A stretch of DNA of 64,000 nt from Candidatus Staskawiczbacteria bacterium RIFCSPHIGHO2_02_FULL_43_16 (GTDB lineage: Bacteria > Patescibacteriota > Minisyncoccia > Minisyncoccales > Staskawiczbacteraceae), in contig MHOU01000003.1 of NCBI GenBank assembly GCA_001821935.1, positions 11,873-75,872 on the forward strand, in the 5' to 3' direction. Positions within the stretch are counted from its first letter, which is position 1, and every line of letters begins with the position of its first letter. The translations under genes and the position numbers were made by a program. The notes under the pieces are model-generated. The model was given only the letters and a program-made list of their open reading frames with translations. It searched no databases and was not told the DNA's origin. This document shows, piece after piece, positions 61,515 through 64,000 of this stretch.

Positions 61515-62511
61515 AGGCTAATTTTGAAGCCACTCGGCCCTTTGGCGAGCGCTGCAAAAATCCCAGTTGCATCAAATAAGGTTCATACATATCTAAAATG
61601 GTATCCTCTTCTTCAAGGGCGGCGGCGGCCAGTGACTGCAGGCCAACCGGGCCGCCGTCAAATTTTTCAATTAAGGCCAGTAAAATTTTGATGTCGCCTG
61701 GTTCAAGGCCCATTTCATCAACTTCCAGGCTAGCCAAAGCATGTTCGGCAATTTGGCGGGTGGCAATGCCGGTGCTTTTGACTTCGGCAAAATCGCGCAC
61801 CCGTTTTAACAGGCGGTTGGCCACACGCGGGGTAAAGCGCGAACGCGCCGCAATTATTTTTACGGCATCTGGTTCAATGTTGACCCCCAGCAACTTGGCG
61901 GAGCGTTCAATGATTTTTTCAATATCTTCGGGTTTATAAAAATTCAACTGGAAGGTGGCGCCGAAGCGGTTTCTTAATGGCGAGGAAAGCATTCCCGGAC
62001 GGGTGGTGGCGCCAATCAAAGTAAAACGGGGCAATTTTAATTCCATGGTGCGGGCCATGGGGCCTTTGCCTAAAATTAAATTTAGTTTATATTCTTCCAT
62101 GGCCGGGTAAATATATTCTTCAATGGATTTATGCATCCGGTGGATTTCGTCTAAAAACAGCACGTCACCTTCTTGTAGATTAGTTAAAATGGCCGCCAAA
62201 TCTCCCGCCCGTTCAATGGCCGGGCCGCTGGTCATACGGATTTTTTTGCCCATTTCCAGAGCCACTAATTGGGCCAGGGTGGTTTTACCCAAACCTGAAT
62301 TGCCATACAGCAAAAGATGATCGGGGGAGCCGCCACGCCCCTTGGCCGCGGCGATAATCACTTTGATATTTTCTTTGATATTTTCTTGGCCAACGTAATC
62401 AGCCCAATTTTTAGGGCGCAGGGCGGAATCTATAAATTGTTCATCAGAAGGCGGTTTTTCGGGTAATGGGCTTGAGTCTTCACCCATCTTTTTTGATATT
62501 TCTTGTGCCAT
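61468..62511 (-). CDS. ruvB: Holliday junction branch-migration helicase RuvB
   Basis: Walker A LLYGNSGLGKTTLA. Walker B VLFLDEIHRM. Sensor and winged-helix C-terminal regions. Confidence 0.9.
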   Translation of the reverse strand: MAQEISKKMGEDSSPLPEKPPSDEQFIDSALRPKNWADYVGQENIKENIKVIIAAAKGRGGSPDHLLLYGNSGLGKTTLAQLVALEMGKKIRMTSGPAIERAGDLAAILTNLQEGDVLFLDEIHRMHKSIEEYIYPAMEEYKLNLILGKGPMARTMELKLPRFTLIGATTRPGMLSSPLRNRFGATFQLNFYKPEDIEKIIERSAKLLGVNIEPDAVKIIAARSRFTPRVANRLLKRVRDFAEVKSTGIATRQIAEHALASLEVDEMGLEPGDIKILLALIEKFDGGPVGLQSLAAAALEEEDTILDMYEPYLMQLGFLQRSPKGRVASKLAYDHLGIKYTKQGPLI

Positions 62512-62573
62512 ACTTCTTTGGTTTTGCCAAATCTCATAAAAGACCCATTTTTACCGAAAAGATGGGTGAAGAC

Positions 62574-62602
62574 TTGACATAGTTTCTTGATTATGCTACT
62601 AT
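62574..62602 (+). promoter_or_regulatory. Sigma70-type promoter (TTGACA-17-TACTAT) facing the ruvB-upstream intergenic region
   Basis: cTTGACAtagtttcttgattatgcTACTATtggg. Confidence 0.4.
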
Positions 62603-62608
62603 TGGGAC

Positions 62609-62803
62609 ATTGTCTGTATTGAGACTATTTTCTCTATACTACCACAAAAATACTACCACAAAAAAACAGCTGTGGAGTTGGAGGCCTTATATGGGCTTTT
62701 CTTAGTAATGGATAGTTTTGCTCCGGCTCAACTATTCCTCAGAAAAACCTTTACTGCTATCCCAGATAGCACGCGCCTCCAACTCCAGAGCTGTTTTTGT
62801 TTG
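62609..62803 (+). ncRNA. Candidate ~190-nt structured small RNA (promoter, 19-bp closing stem, then U-run)
   Basis: CAGCTGTGGAGTTGGAGGC (62667-62685) pairs with GCCTCCAACTCCAGAGCTG (62775-62793; one mismatch), followed by TTTTTGTTT. Internal GGATAG/CTATCC stem and direct repeat tactaccacaaaaa x2. No ORF. Confidence 0.3.
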
Positions 62804-62822
62804 AGCTTAGAAAACTAATTAG

Positions 62823-63233
62823 TCACGATTTTGATCTTTTTTGTATTGCGCCAAATTGGTTAACAGATTCTTGGAGATTTGCCCTTGCTCGATCGCTAAG
62901 ATCAAAGTCATTTCGTCCACTCTCATCAAAGTCAGCCTTGGCAATTTTATTATCTTCAACTGTAAAGTTTATATCTATAATTATTCCAAAATCAGTTTCC
63001 CTAAGCTCTGAGTATTTTACCCCATTACTCATTTTTGCAATTTCTCCCGTTTGGGCATTAACGACTGCCACCCTAGAGACTCCGCGGTGACGGTAGGAAA
63101 TATTACCTTGCTTTTCTTCAAGCATCTTAATGTTCCGATCAACAATATCTTCATCAATCTTTATTTCAAGAATTCCCTCTTGTTTTTCTTTCCAATTATC
63201 TGGATTTTCTGATCCCAAAACTTTTTCTCCCAT
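62823..63233 (-). CDS. Hypothetical protein
   Basis: 136-aa ORF. No family recognised. Confidence 0.45.
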   Translation of the reverse strand: MGEKVLGSENPDNWKEKQEGILEIKIDEDIVDRNIKMLEEKQGNISYRHRGVSRVAVVNAQTGEIAKMSNGVKYSELRETDFGIIIDINFTVEDNKIAKADFDESGRNDFDLSDRARANLQESVNQFGAIQKRSKS

Positions 63234-63244
63234 ATTTTTAAATT

Positions 63245-63290
63245 TAATATTTCAAATTGATTTCAAATTTCAAATTGTAAATTTCAAATT
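63245..63290. repeat. Inverted copy of the 45-nt AATTTGA-heptamer element seen at 1842..1887
   Basis: Reverse complement reads aatttgaaatttacaatttGaaatttgaaatcaatttgaaatatt, differing by one base from 1842-1887. It lies 3' of the pilB-like gene. Confidence 0.7.
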
Positions 63291-63300
63291 CCGCGCGCGG

Positions 63301-64000
63301 CTAGTCTGCCTCAACCACCTTCTTCACTTCTTCAAGGGTGGTTTCACCCAGTGCCACTTCAATCAGCCCCGCTTGGTACATGGTGACCATGCCGTTTTTG
63401 ACGGCTTTTTCTTTGAGGGCCGATTCGGCCGGGTTGGTCAAGATAAACCGCTCCATGCTGCTTTCCACCAAAAATACTTCGTAAATTCCTTTTCTGCCTT
63501 TGTATCCGGTCAAGTTGCAAGCGGCGCAGCCGCCTTCTTTGGCTTTGGTAATGCGCAGGCCGGCCAAATCCGGCACCTGGACTTCTTTGGGCAATCCCTT
63601 TAATCCTTTTTTCAGTTCCGCCAATTCTTGGGCGGAGGGCGCTTGCATCAGGGCGCATTCTTTGCAGACTTTGCGTATCAATCTTTGGCCGACAGACATT
63701 TTTAAGGCCGAGGCGATGGAAGAGGGATCGGCGCCCAAGTCCACCAGCCGGGGAATGGCGCCCACAGCGCTGTTGGTGTGCAGGGTGGTTAAAACCAAGT
63801 GCCCGGTCAGCGAAGCTTGCAGGGCAATCTTGGCGGTTTCCAAATCACGGATTTCGCCCACTAAAATCACGTCCGGATCCTGGCGCACAATGCTCCTTAA
63901 ACCTTCTGCAAAACCGTAGCCCTTCTCCGGAGCCACCTGGGTTTGTGACAGGCCGGTGATGTGATATTCAATGGGGTCTTCAATGGTGATGATTTTAATT
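63301..64000 (-). CDS. Type II/IV secretion-system assembly ATPase (PilB/GspE family), partial; N-terminus beyond the window
   Basis: The reading frame is open to the window edge upstream of the GTG start given by the ORF track (…IKIITIEDPIEYHITGLSQTQ…). Motifs TIEDPIE, DPDVILVGEIRD, TLHTNSA, and a C-terminal tetracysteine (CKEC…CAAC) typical of GspE/PilB. Confidence 0.75.
   Translation of the reverse strand, partial: IKIITIEDPIEYHITGLSQTQVAPEKGYGFAEGLRSIVRQDPDVILVGEIRDLETAKIALQASLTGHLVLTTLHTNSAVGAIPRLVDLGADPSSIASALKMSVGQRLIRKVCKECALMQAPSAQELAELKKGLKGLPKEVQVPDLAGLRITKAKEGGCAACNLTGYKGRKGIYEVFLVESSMERFILTNPAESALKEKAVKNGMVTMYQAGLIEVALGETTLEEVKKVVEAD

Overview
The window reads as a low-GC, gene-dense bacterial chromosome segment with short intergenic regions. 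It most resembles a small-genome CPR/Patescibacteria-like organism; that placement is inference only. Everything below is manual reading of the sequence and the ORF track; no similarity search was run.

Core housekeeping genes cover most of the window: infB-rbfA; rny-clpP-tig; a membrane H+-pyrophosphatase; nusA; yraN; cca; rpsO-(NYN)-pnp; dksA-like; comM; rsmA; jag-yidC-rnpA-rpmH divergent from dnaA-dnaN, with DnaA boxes (candidate oriC); PBP1A; ruvC-yebC; comEA; ruvB; and a partial pilB/gspE-type ATPase at the window edge. There are 10 tRNA genes.

Three accessory regions stand out:
1. An ~11-13 kb putative integrative element (about 2.7-15.8 kb). It carries a large serine recombinase fused antisense onto tRNA-Leu, a prim-pol/helicase-type replicase, AbrB- and HU-like proteins, an HNH endonuclease, a RelE-like protein, a nested GC-rich segment, and tRNA clusters at its far side.
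2. A VirB/Prg-like (type IV secretion-like, possibly ComB-like DNA-uptake) gene cluster at about 39.9-51.5 kb, next to the origin. It is interrupted by two small cassettes flanked by inverted repeats, one encoding a GxxExxY protein and one a four-helix-bundle protein, and by a GC-rich SPFH gene on the opposite strand.
3. Several repeat phenomena. Gene 3' intergenic regions contain inverted arrays of tandem heptamers, including a telomere-like (TTTAGGG)6 tract. Two families of longer repeats are shared between distant loci. There is a ~273-bp MITE-like element with 22-bp terminal inverted repeats. A ~26-nt hairpin-forming motif is inserted in frame in three unrelated genes, where it encodes ...PLGRSQTGEAK.
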